From an uncultured cyanobacterium (GTDB lineage Bacteria > Cyanobacteriota > Cyanobacteriia > Cyanobacteriales > Nostocaceae): a DNA stretch of 64,000 nucleotides. Below, in pieces: positions 31,247 to 41,300 of this stretch; within the stretch, counting starts at the first letter, position 1; the number at the start of each line of letters is the position of its first letter. Location of the stretch: NCBI GenBank assembly GCA_963740315.1, contig CAVUDP010000002.1, positions 3,200,001 through 3,264,000 of the forward strand, written 5' to 3'. The translations under genes and the position numbers were made by a program. The notes under the pieces are model-generated. The model was not told the origin of the DNA, searched no databases, and worked only from the letters and a program-made list of their open reading frames with translations.

Positions 31247-32278
31247 CTACTTCTCAAATATCAAATAAGTCCCTTCTAAGCCTTCTATAATTGTGCGAGT
31301 ATTGGCTGTCATCATCTTTTGATAAGTGTCTGCATCGCTTCCGGGTACACCAAGATTTTCAGCAAAAAGCTGTCTTTCGGATATATTTATCCGTGCTTTT
31401 TCTGCTACAGATTTGATTAATTGAGGACTAATTGTAGGCTGGGCAAAAATTGTGGGTACTTGAGTTTTTTCTAATGTTTTAGCTAATAGTTTAACTTTCG
31501 TATCTGATGTTTGTTCTGTAGAACCAATAAATCTCAAGGTGGCTGGCAATTTCAAGCCATAAGCACGAACGTAATAAGCCATTGCATTATTAGTTGTGAC
31601 TAAGGTACGCTTTCTTTCAGGAATGCTGTCAATTCTGGTTTTTATCCAACTATCTAACTGTAAAAGTTCATTTTTGATTTTTTTAGTATTACTCTGATAA
31701 ATTTCGGCATTTTCGGGTATTGTTTTGGCTAAATTAATACCGATCGCATCTACCATTTTGGCAGCGTTTTTAGCGTTGTGCCATACGTAAGGATCGGCAA
31801 CTTTCCGACCGTTTCTAGTTATCATTAATGGTGTGGGTACGGCAATTTTCGCTACGGGAATTTTAGGTGCAGAATTTTTACTTGCAAAAATAAATTTTTC
31901 TAAACCAGGTTCTAAATTGTAACCGTTAAAAATAATTAATTTTGCTTGATTTATCGCTTGCTGGTCTGCTGGTGTTGGCTGATAAAGTTTAGGATTGATT
32001 GATGGTGAAGTTAAGCAAGTAAGATTAATTGTTTTCGCCGCAATTTGTTTTGTTAAGTCGCATAAAACACTTGTAGTTGCAACTACTTGCGGTAAATCTT
32101 TTTGAACTGTAGTGGTAGTTACAGTTGTTGTGTACGAGGAAGTGTTACTTGAATTATTGGAATTGTTACAGCCATAAAATGATACGGTAAAAACAATAAA
32201 GATAATACGCAATGCTTTGCTCAAAAGTAGTTTTTCTAACATGAATTTATAATTAGTATTTGTTTTATTTTGCTGCAT
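31247..32278 (-). CDS. ZnuA/MntC-family metal ABC substrate-binding lipoprotein with atypical ligand positions
   Basis: Lipobox FYGC, VVATTSVLCDL, YQPTPAD, NGYNLE, DTYQKMM..N; the start may be at 32242. Confidence 0.85.
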   Translation of the reverse strand: MQQNKTNTNYKFMLEKLLLSKALRIIFIVFTVSFYGCNNSNNSSNTSSYTTTVTTTTVQKDLPQVVATTSVLCDLTKQIAAKTINLTCLTSPSINPKLYQPTPADQQAINQAKLIIFNGYNLEPGLEKFIFASKNSAPKIPVAKIAVPTPLMITRNGRKVADPYVWHNAKNAAKMVDAIGINLAKTIPENAEIYQSNTKKIKNELLQLDSWIKTRIDSIPERKRTLVTTNNAMAYYVRAYGLKLPATLRFIGSTEQTSDTKVKLLAKTLEKTQVPTIFAQPTISPQLIKSVAEKARINISERQLFAENLGVPGSDADTYQKMMTANTRTIIEGLEGTYLIFEK

Positions 32279-32296
32279 ACCACTTGTTTATCCGAT

Positions 32297-32313
32297 TCGG
32301 AATGATTATCATT
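32297..32313. promoter_or_regulatory. Putative Zur/Fur-family operator
   Basis: TCGGAATGATTATCATT resembles TGATAATnATTATCA (right half exact) and lies between the divergent metal SBP and CooC-like genes. Confidence 0.5.
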
Positions 32314-32353
32314 GTCACTGAAACAAATATTTCTTCAGCATTAAGATATCGCA

Positions 32354-33304
32354 ATGTCTATGAATACATCTAATGCATCTTCTAATCAAGAACTTGTCAT
32401 AGCTTTGATGGGTAAAGGTGGAACTGGTAAGACTTTTACTTCGCTCGGTTTAATCCAAAGTTTGAGAAAGTTGGATAAAGCTACGATCGTAGCGGATGCA
32501 GATTCTAATAGATCGCTTTCGCGCTATCTTACCGCTCATTATTTGGGATACGGGGAAGAGGAATTAAAGCAAATAAAGTCGATCGCTCAAGCGGAGCAGG
32601 ATTTTTACGAGTTTCAGGAACTGAATTCCGAGCAAAGCTACCGCGAATTTTACGGTACTCCATTCGATCGAGTTAAGAAGTTTTCGGTTGAACCACCGGA
32701 CTCTTTTACCCAAAAGTACACAAAATCCCTTGATGAAAAACTGGCGCTGATATCGGTGGGAACCAGTGCGATGAGGATGGAAGAACTTTATTCAACTCGT
32801 TGTTCTCACGCGACTTTAAATCCGTTAAAAGCTTGGTTGGCTTTGTCTACTAACGGGATTATAGTTCTCGACTGCGGTGGTGGTGAGGATTCCGGTAGAT
32901 TTGGTTTGCCCATTGGTGCGAATGTGGTGGTTGTGGTTGTAGAAGCGACTCCCGATGCGATCGCAATTTCTGAAGATATCCGCGCGATCGATGAAGAGTT
33001 GGGAATTCCGGTAGTTTACGTTTTGAATAAGTGTCTCAATCAGTTTCCAGAAGTCGAAGCTTTTGAAGCAGAACATCAAGATCGGATTTTGGGTAAAATT
33101 CCATTTATTCCTGCGATTTACGGTAAAAATCCTCTAGAAGTATTTAGCGAAATTGAAAGTATATTTACGCCAATGGTTGAGAATATTCTCGCTCAGAAAT
33201 TGAGTTCTCCCCAACAAAGATGGGAAAGAGTACTCAGATGGCAAGAACGCTTACAGCAGCAACGAGAAACGAACAAAAGTCAACCCTTTAGTTTTATTTC
33301 TTAA
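32354..33304 (+). CDS. CooC/MinD-like P-loop ATPase (possible metallochaperone)
   Basis: Deviant Walker A GKGGTGKT, DADSN, C-S-H at the CooC CxC position, LDCGGGED, VVEAT, VLNK. Confidence 0.7.
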   Translation: MSMNTSNASSNQELVIALMGKGGTGKTFTSLGLIQSLRKLDKATIVADADSNRSLSRYLTAHYLGYGEEELKQIKSIAQAEQDFYEFQELNSEQSYREFYGTPFDRVKKFSVEPPDSFTQKYTKSLDEKLALISVGTSAMRMEELYSTRCSHATLNPLKAWLALSTNGIIVLDCGGGEDSGRFGLPIGANVVVVVVEATPDAIAISEDIRAIDEELGIPVVYVLNKCLNQFPEVEAFEAEHQDRILGKIPFIPAIYGKNPLEVFSEIESIFTPMVENILAQKLSSPQQRWERVLRWQERLQQQRETNKSQPFSFIS

Positions 33305-33373
33305 TATCTAAAGGGAGTAGGGAGTAGGGAGTAGGGAGTAGGAGGGATGAGAAAAATAATTTCTAACCTATTT

Positions 33374-35539
33374 TCACAAATTGCCAAATTTCGGACTCCA
33401 CCAACCTTTTGCAGTATTAAAATAAACCGCTTCTTTATGCTTGCTATTTTGCCGTGACTTGGAATCACTACATCTCAACATAGTTTTCTTTTGTCCGTCT
33501 TTTGTATAACCGTATTCTTCCAAAGGTTTCTTACATACGGGGCATGGATACTTGGTGATTTTTGCTGGAGGTTTTTGAGCGGGTGTAGTTTTTTCTGATG
33601 TAGAATTTGGCGAATTTGGCGATCGCCATTTTTTCTCGTAATCGCTCCAGAATAAAACCACGTTTTCGCAACCGCTGACGCATTTGAGAAAATATTTCTT
33701 TTTAACTTTGCTGCTCTTAATTTTTGCTAAATGATTGTTGCATTCGGGACAGCGAGTTCTGGATTTATCATATTTCCCTTCTGCTGCGGTTTTATTCTTC
33801 CCATTCGACGCAGGTACGGGTACAGTTTTCGCTTTTACTAAAGCTGGTGCAAAGTAATCTTGATTCCAGCTTGTCAGATATTTCTCCCAAGGTTCTTTTC
33901 CCGAAGCAATGCTATCGAGGGCATCCTCCATTTGGGCAGTAAATTCTGTTTTCAATAAATCTGGTAAAGCTTTCTGTAAAAAGTCATCTACCTCTAGTCC
34001 TAAAGTTGTCGGCTGTAAAATCGCTTTTGTTAATTCTACATAACCGCGTTTTTTCAAAGTTGCGATCGTGGGAGAATAAGTACTCGGACGACCAATTCCT
34101 TTACGTTCCATTAACTGAACTAACTTTGGTTCGCTGTATCTTGGTGGTGGTTGAGTCTGTTTTCGATCGTGTCCGGCATTTTCTAAAGTTAGTATTTGCC
34201 CTTGCACTAAATTGGGTAAAAGTGTATCTTTACTCAAATTTGCCCAGTATTTAGCATAGCCGAGAAACTCTACTATTTGTCCTCTGGCTTGCCAAAGTAT
34301 CTCGCCGGATTTAATGATTACCAGAGTTTTACGAAGTTGTGCGGGACGACATTGGGAAGCAACCGCTCTTTTCCATATCAATACATACAAATTAAATTCG
34401 TCTGGTAAAAGTTCAACTCGCAACTCCACCGAAGGACGAAACACGTTAGTAGGGCGAATTGCTTCGTGAGCTTCCTGAGCAGTTTTGTTACTGCGATATG
34501 TTGCTGTTTTATTCGGTAAATTCTGCGGATCGTTTTGCTTCAACCATTTACGCACGTCAGCGCAGAATTCCGGACTCAACATTACTGAATCCGTCCGCAT
34601 ATAAGTAATTAAACCAGCTTCATACAGCTTTTGCGCCACCTGCATGGTTTTTTCCGGTGCAAATTTTAACCTCGAACCAGCAGCTTGTTGCAGCGTAGAA
34701 GTAATAAAAGGTGGAGGTGGTTGACGACTGCTGATTTTTCCTTCGTACTGAACAATTTGATGGGGATGGTTTCGCGCTTCACTCACCAAACGTTCGGCTT
34801 CAGCTTCGGAAAGCACGCGAGTAGATTCGTTGGTTTCTGACTTCTTAACTACCGTGTCATCATTCTCTTGATTATCTTGCCGTGCTGTATCAGGAGCAGA
34901 ATTCACCATTCCTTTGTAAAAAGCGCGGAATCCTTCAACATAATCTACCCAAACACTCCAATAATCCTGGGGTACAAAAGCGAGAATCTCTCTCTCGCGC
35001 TGACATATTAAATGTAGAGTTGCACTTTGAACCCTTCCGACACTCTTTGCACCATTATTCAAAGCCCAAACTAACGGACTTCCCTTGTAACCAACTAATT
35101 TATCCAAACAATCTCGGCACAATCCAGCACCAACCAAATTAGCATCAAGCTTTCTGGGTTTGGCTACAGCAGCCCGCACCGCAGACTCCGTAATCTCCGT
35201 ATAAACAACCCGTTTCGGTTCCTTTAACCCCAAAGCTTCCTTGAGATGCCAAGCGATCGTTTCGCCTTCTCTATCGGGGTCTGTAGCTAAAATTACTTCG
35301 TTTACCTGGTTAACCGCAGCTTTTAACTTACTAATAGTCTCATAAGCTTGCTGACTGCGCGGAATGTAGCGACACCGCACCTTATTGCCATCCATAGTAA
35401 AGCCCAGAGAATCCTCACCTTCATTGCTGAGTTCTCGAATATGACCGCAACTAGCGCGAACAATCCATTCACTTCCCAGAATTTTACTCAGCTTTTTAAC
35501 TTTACCGGGAGATTCGACTATCAATAAGCGTTTGGGCAT
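33374..35539 (-). CDS. topA: Type IA DNA topoisomerase (probably a secondary paralogue)
   Basis: IVESPGK, GHIREL, ATDPDREGE, GRVQS, ITYMRTD, AQEAHEAIRPT, GIGRPSTY; C-terminal Cys clusters; start placed at MPKRLL (35539). Confidence 0.9.
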   Translation of the reverse strand: MPKRLLIVESPGKVKKLSKILGSEWIVRASCGHIRELSNEGEDSLGFTMDGNKVRCRYIPRSQQAYETISKLKAAVNQVNEVILATDPDREGETIAWHLKEALGLKEPKRVVYTEITESAVRAAVAKPRKLDANLVGAGLCRDCLDKLVGYKGSPLVWALNNGAKSVGRVQSATLHLICQREREILAFVPQDYWSVWVDYVEGFRAFYKGMVNSAPDTARQDNQENDDTVVKKSETNESTRVLSEAEAERLVSEARNHPHQIVQYEGKISSRQPPPPFITSTLQQAAGSRLKFAPEKTMQVAQKLYEAGLITYMRTDSVMLSPEFCADVRKWLKQNDPQNLPNKTATYRSNKTAQEAHEAIRPTNVFRPSVELRVELLPDEFNLYVLIWKRAVASQCRPAQLRKTLVIIKSGEILWQARGQIVEFLGYAKYWANLSKDTLLPNLVQGQILTLENAGHDRKQTQPPPRYSEPKLVQLMERKGIGRPSTYSPTIATLKKRGYVELTKAILQPTTLGLEVDDFLQKALPDLLKTEFTAQMEDALDSIASGKEPWEKYLTSWNQDYFAPALVKAKTVPVPASNGKNKTAAEGKYDKSRTRCPECNNHLAKIKSSKVKKKYFLKCVSGCENVVLFWSDYEKKWRSPNSPNSTSEKTTPAQKPPAKITKYPCPVCKKPLEEYGYTKDGQKKTMLRCSDSKSRQNSKHKEAVYFNTAKGWWSPKFGNL

Positions 35540-36226
35540 AACACCAATACTTTGAGATGCAAGAAAAAGACTTATAAGTTTTAATATGATAGTTATAGTT
35601 ATAGTACAGTTGTTTTGAATATTGTTATTTCTATTAAAAAAATTAACAACTAAGAAGGGAGTAGGAAATAGGGAGATGAAGTAATGAGGGATTTTTCGCC
35701 ATGTGGAAAATAACAAGGGAGCTGTTCGGCGATCGCTACAAATAGTTTTACAGCTAATTCCTAATTCCTAACTCCTAACTCCTAACTCCTAACTCCTAAC
35801 TACTAACTCCTAACTCCCTACTCCCTACTCCCTACTCCCCTTAAAATAAAATCGGATTTCTATAGTATTATTGTATTCCCATTTATTAAAAAAAAATGAA
35901 ATTTATTAGAATCAGATCGTATTTTGATAAGAAATGTTAAGTAAACTAGATTAAAGCCTTCTATCTAAAGTATTAATTATTTAGTTCATGTTAGCTCGTA
36001 TGCCTTTCGATAGATGATAAAAACAAGCTAACTAGATAAATCAAAAATAAATAACAATACACAATTACGAAATATTAACTGTAAAGTTTATTAAACAAAT
36101 GCTCATTTTCATAGCCAACTTATATATACTTGGTTTCTATGGAAGTTAAATATGTTGATCCCCTGGGGATTTAATAAATAATCGCGCTGATTTCAAACTA
36201 TATATTGTACTCTTGGAGAAAAAATA

Positions 36227-36604
36227 ATGGCTTTATCACAATCGACTGATATGGGAAAAACCTACTCAATATTAATGATAAAAAGCTTTTTAATCTGGAC
36301 TTTTACACTGGCAGTATGCTTGTTGGTTGTCGGTTTTCCTTTAGTGGTTTTAATGGCTACGGTTGGATGTTTGCTATCTCTTGTTCTGCAATCTGTAATG
36401 CCTGCTAGCGCAGTTTTGGTTGTAGCAGGTAGCTTGATTATGTTTAACGTTATGGCAGTAGTAGTAGCTGCTGGCGTGTTAACACTTCGAGGCGTTCATC
36501 CTACAGAAGTTAAATGGTTAAGCTGGTTGCATGGAGAAGAGGAACAATTAAAGGCAAGTGTTTATGCTGCTTGTCCTTTGACTTGTGAAGTAGAAAGTCT
36601 TTAA
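36227..36604 (+). CDS. Small membrane protein of unknown function
   Basis: RBS GGAG upstream, hydrophobic helices, C-terminal ACPLTC, followed by a terminator. Confidence 0.75.
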   Translation: MALSQSTDMGKTYSILMIKSFLIWTFTLAVCLLVVGFPLVVLMATVGCLLSLVLQSVMPASAVLVVAGSLIMFNVMAVVVAAGVLTLRGVHPTEVKWLSWLHGEEEQLKASVYAACPLTCEVESL

Positions 36605-36658
36605 TTTGCGATCTTAGTTTATAGCCATCACAGCTAAATTCGACAATTAATGCAACTG

Positions 36659-36679
36659 CCCGGTTTAACCGGGTTTTTT
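36659..36679 (+). terminator. Rho-independent terminator
   Basis: CCCGGTT-T-AACCGGG followed by T6. Confidence 0.65.
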
Positions 36680-37068
36680 CATATCTATAAGATCGGGGAT
36701 TAGGGAGTAGGGAGTAGGGAGTAGGGAGGAGTGAGGAGTGAGGAGTTAGGAGTTAGGAGTGAGGAGTTAGGAGTTAGGAGTTAGGAGTGAGAAGTTATAT
36801 AATTTTGGATTTTAACAAAGGATGCGTTTAACAACCTATGCGTTTGGTTTGGTTTGTTTTGGGTTTTGGATTAAAAACCTTTTAATAATAATTTAGTTAA
36901 GAGTTAAAAATTCTTTCTACCCCCTCTACCCCCTCTTCCCCATCTCCCCCTCTCTCCCCATCCCCCCATCTCTTTAAATAAAATGTATGGTTTTGTGACA
37001 ATAGACTATTGACGAATCACCCCTATGGTAATGACTATTGACTATTAACTAGTGATTTATGACTAATT

Positions 37069-38178
37069 ATGAAGCGAGTTTGTATTATCTTAGGTACTCG
37101 TCCCGAAGCGATTAAGCTGGCTCCGGTGATTCAAACCTTTCAAGCTTGTGAAGGCTTGGAGACTCAGGTGATTTTAACCGGACAGCATCGGGAGATGGTT
37201 GAACAGGTGATGGGATTGTTCAATTTAAAAGCCGATCGCGATTTGGAGATTATGCAGCCAAAACAATCTCTGAGCGATATTACCTGCCGTAGCTTGCGTG
37301 GGTTGCAGGAGTTATTTGAGGAGAGCGAACCCAGTTTAGTTTTAGTACAGGGAGATACAACAACAGCTTTTGCAGCAGCTTTAGCAGCTTTTTATAAAAA
37401 AATTCCTATCGGTCATGTAGAAGCTGGGTTAAGAACTGATAACATATTTAATCCTTATCCAGAAGAAGCCAACCGACGCTTAATTTCTCAAATTGCACAG
37501 CTACATTTTGCACCTACACCTTTGGCTACAGAAAATTTGCAGCGCTCTGGGGTGTTGGGGTTCGTCCACATGACGGGAAACACCGTAATTGATGCGTTGC
37601 TAAATGTGGCGAAAAGCGAACCTCCCTGTAACGTACCGGGTTTGGAATGGGATAATCATCGAGTTATTTTAGCTACAGTTCACCGCAGAGAGAATTGGGG
37701 GGAACCGCTGCAAAGCATTGCTCAAAGCTTCTTACAAGTATTAGATAAATTTCCCGATACTGCTTTATTGCTACCATTACACCGGAATCCTACGGTAAGA
37801 GAACCATTGCAGGCAATGTTAGGGAATCATCCCCGAATCTTTTTAACAGAACCCCTAGACTACGCCCAACTAGTCGGGGCAATAATGCGATCGCACTTAT
37901 TACTCACAGACTCAGGAGGGTTGCAAGAAGAAGCCCCCAGTTTAGGAAAACCAGTATTAGTACTTAGAGAAACAACCGAAAGACCAGAAGCAGTAAACGC
38001 AGGTACGGCAAAGCTTGTAGGAACCGATACCCAGACAATTGTAGCTAGTGCAGTACAACTATTAAGCAATCCGGCAGCTTACGAAACAATGGCAAACGCA
38101 ATCAATCCCTTCGGAGATGGGCGTGCTTCCGAGAGGATTTTAGAAATTGTGCGGGGTTTCTTAGAAGTTAGAAGCTAG
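37069..38178 (+). CDS. wecB: UDP-N-acetylglucosamine 2-epimerase (non-hydrolysing)
   Basis: GTRPEAIK, GQHREM, VQGDT, HVEAGLR, PEEANR, HRREN, DSGGLQEEAP, NPFGDG. Confidence 0.96.
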   Translation: MKRVCIILGTRPEAIKLAPVIQTFQACEGLETQVILTGQHREMVEQVMGLFNLKADRDLEIMQPKQSLSDITCRSLRGLQELFEESEPSLVLVQGDTTTAFAAALAAFYKKIPIGHVEAGLRTDNIFNPYPEEANRRLISQIAQLHFAPTPLATENLQRSGVLGFVHMTGNTVIDALLNVAKSEPPCNVPGLEWDNHRVILATVHRRENWGEPLQSIAQSFLQVLDKFPDTALLLPLHRNPTVREPLQAMLGNHPRIFLTEPLDYAQLVGAIMRSHLLLTDSGGLQEEAPSLGKPVLVLRETTERPEAVNAGTAKLVGTDTQTIVASAVQLLSNPAAYETMANAINPFGDGRASERILEIVRGFLEVRS

Positions 38179-38364
38179 AAGAAACTTGTTCGTAGTAAGG
38201 AATGCGCGTCCTTGGAGCGCTAAAGCGCTTACTACCCCTTCGGAGATGGGCATGCTTCCGAGAGGATTTTAGAAATTGTGCGGGGTTTTTTAGAAGTTAG
38301 AAGCTAGAAGAAACTTGTTCGTAGTAAGGAATGCGCGTCCTTGGAGCGCTAAAGCGCTTACTAC
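38107..38364. repeat. 129-bp direct tandem duplication of the wecB 3' end plus a REP
   Basis: 38107-38235 is repeated at 38236-38364 with two substitutions. Confidence 0.9.
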
Positions 38365-38380
38365 GAACTTTGATAATTGT

Positions 38381-41300
38381 TCATTGTTCAGTGTCTTCTT
38401 CCAACGGTAATTCGATAACAAATTCCGCACCATTTCCGGGAAAGGAAAGACAATATAAGTTACCACCATGAGTTTCGGTAACTATTTGATGGCTAATTGA
38501 AAGTCCTAAACCCGTTCCTTTTCCTTCCGGTTTGGTGGTGAAGAATGCATTAAATAGTTTGCTTATGACTTCTTCTGGCATTCCAGGACCGTTATCTGCA
38601 ATACGAATAGTAACTTTTTCTGCGTCTGCTGAAGTACGGATGGTAATAACGTTAGGATTTTTCTCAATCTCTGCGTAAGTTTTGCCTTCGTTGGATTCGT
38701 CTAAAGCATCAATTGCATTTGCTAATAAGTTCATGAATGCTTGGTTAAGTTGACCGGAATAACACTTGAGTGGGGGTAACTCTTCATACTTTTTGATGAT
38801 TTCAACTGTAGGGCGTTGTGAATTTGCTTTCAAGCGATGTTGCAAAATCATCAAAGTTGTTTCGATGCCTTCGTGAACGTTAACCGGCTTTTTATCAGCG
38901 CTATCAGTACGGGAGAAATTCCGCAAAGACTGCATGATATCGCGAATCCGCTCGGTTCCTAATTCCATAGAAGCGATCATTTTAGGTAAATCTTCTAGGA
39001 GATAATTTAAGTCGATTTCTTCTTGGAAAGTTTCAATTTCTTCTGGTGGGGAGGGTACGTTAGCTTGGTAAAGATTTAACAGTTGCAGTAAATCTTCGAT
39101 ATATTGATTGGCGATAGATAAATTACCCGCAATGAAACCAACGGGATTATTAACTTCGTGAGCAACACCCGCTACTAATTGTCCCAAAGAAGAGATTTTT
39201 TCTGTTTGTACTAATTGCGCTTGAGTTTGCTGGAGTGTTTCTAGAGATTCTTGCAACTTTTGTGACTTATCTTGTTCGCGGGAATAAAGACGAGCATTTT
39301 CGATCGCGATCGCAGCTTGTGAGGTGAGTAGTTTAAGAATTTCCAAGCGCGAGTTTGTAAATGCACCAGTGACTTGATTGTTTTCCAGGTAAATAATCCC
39401 GGTAAATTTACCTTGGTAGAAAATAGGAGCGCATAAAATCGATTTAGGTTGTTCGCGGAGTATGTAAGAATCTTCTTTATAAATTGCTTCTTGGGTTGCG
39501 TCGTTGAGTACCAAAGGTTGCTGAGTTCTGGCAACGTAGTTAATTAGGCTTAAGGGAATATGTTGGCTTTCTTCTACCGGGGTTGATTGCAATACAACTA
39601 AATCGTTATGCTGGTCGTTGTCTATAGCTTCAATAAACAAGCGATCGTCCTTGAGCAAAATTAAACAACCCTTTTGAGCCGCAGCATTTTCTAGAATAAT
39701 AGACAGCAGCTTATCAAGGAGATTATCTAAAACGATTTCGCTGGTAATAGCCTCACTTACCTTCATTACCGTAGTTAAATCTAGAATGCTATTGCTATTA
39801 GTTGATGAGTTTAAAGCTCTCGAAGAACTGCTGACAATAGTTCCGGTAATGTCTTGTTGTAGCGTAATGGTTTCGCTGCGAATAATTAAATTAGGATAAC
39901 GTTCCTCTAAATTTTTTACCTTAGCTAAAGCACCCCAACGAATGTAGCCATAGTAAGCGTCAGTCATATAGGTTTTAGCAATTTTATCCTTACCTAATAC
40001 CAGATAAAACTGCGCTGCGAGTTCGTTACCCAATGCTTCCTCTTGGGTGTATTCATTTTCCTTAGCTCCTGCGATCGCGCGATCGTATAGATTCATCGCT
40101 TTGACATTTTGGCCAAAAATTCGCGCTTTTTCGGCTTCAACTAAATCGTACTTATGTTGGAAATTGCAGGCTGCATGATGCGCCCATTTTTTCATTTTCT
40201 TTTGATTCGCGGCGACTTTTTTGAGGTATTGCTTTTGTTCTGTAGATGTTACGTTTTTGTAGTTAGCAAGGAGTGCAAGGGAGTAGTAGAAGTTGTTGAC
40301 GCAGTATAGATAGAAGCCTGGATTGCTTTCTTGATATTGTTCAGTTAGGCGGGCGTTTTCGATTGCTTGTGTATAGTTATTGAAGTAATAATTAAGAATA
40401 TTTTTAGTAAAGTAAAAAGTACTTAGCCAAGAAGAATTATTACCTAAGCCAGCTATCATGTCAGCTTCATCAAAAGTTTCGCTCTTCCAAATGTTGTTTG
40501 TTTCCGAGGAGGTTTGAAAATTTAAAATTAATTGTCTTATTGAACTGATAGAATATGCTACTGATTCCAACTTAGTATGATGCATGAGTGTAGCATAATT
40601 ATCTATTTTTTGATCAATTAATTCTAGATTTACTGTGCTACAGAATAAATGATAACTCAAGCTCCAAGCACTATAACCTGAATATTCTATATCACCTGTT
40701 TCTAAACCATTTTGCATCCCATGTTGCATAGGTACTATGGTATCTTTTACGATTTCCTTATAATGTCGAATCATTGCGTTAAAGACGAAAATAACTTTAG
40801 TTTTTAATGAAATAGCGTCTATCTTATTAAGCAATGAAAGACCTAATCTTCCGAATCGATAACCTGCTTCAACTTCTCCAAATTTGTCACATATGATCGC
40901 ACCATAAAGACTGTAACCATAAGTAGCAGCCTCTGAATTACCATATTTTACTGATAATCTGACCATCGCTAGTATTGCCAGAGCAAAATGCAAAGAACCT
41001 GCTTGGCTCGAAGCAGGGGCAAGGAGCATTAAAAGCCGCATAGCTGCAAGTTTATAAGGGTCAGTCATTCTTGGCAAATAGACTAAATCTTCAATTCGTT
41101 TACCTAATAATGTTAGTTTTGTTTGTGCAACTGCTACCATCAAATGCTTAACATTAGGTTGCACAGGTAATTGTACATTAAGAAGTTTCAGAACTTGCAC
41201 TCCAACTTCAAGAGCTTCTTGCAGGTGATTTTGTAGTATACAAGACTGGATCTTTATTTCATATACTTTGACTTTATCCAAGATAGTGTTTGCATAACGT

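Noticed and set aside
35540..35716. N-terminal extension of the topoisomerase in the ORF track
   Set aside because: Low-complexity upstream sequence; the TOPRIM domain begins at MPKRLLIVESP.
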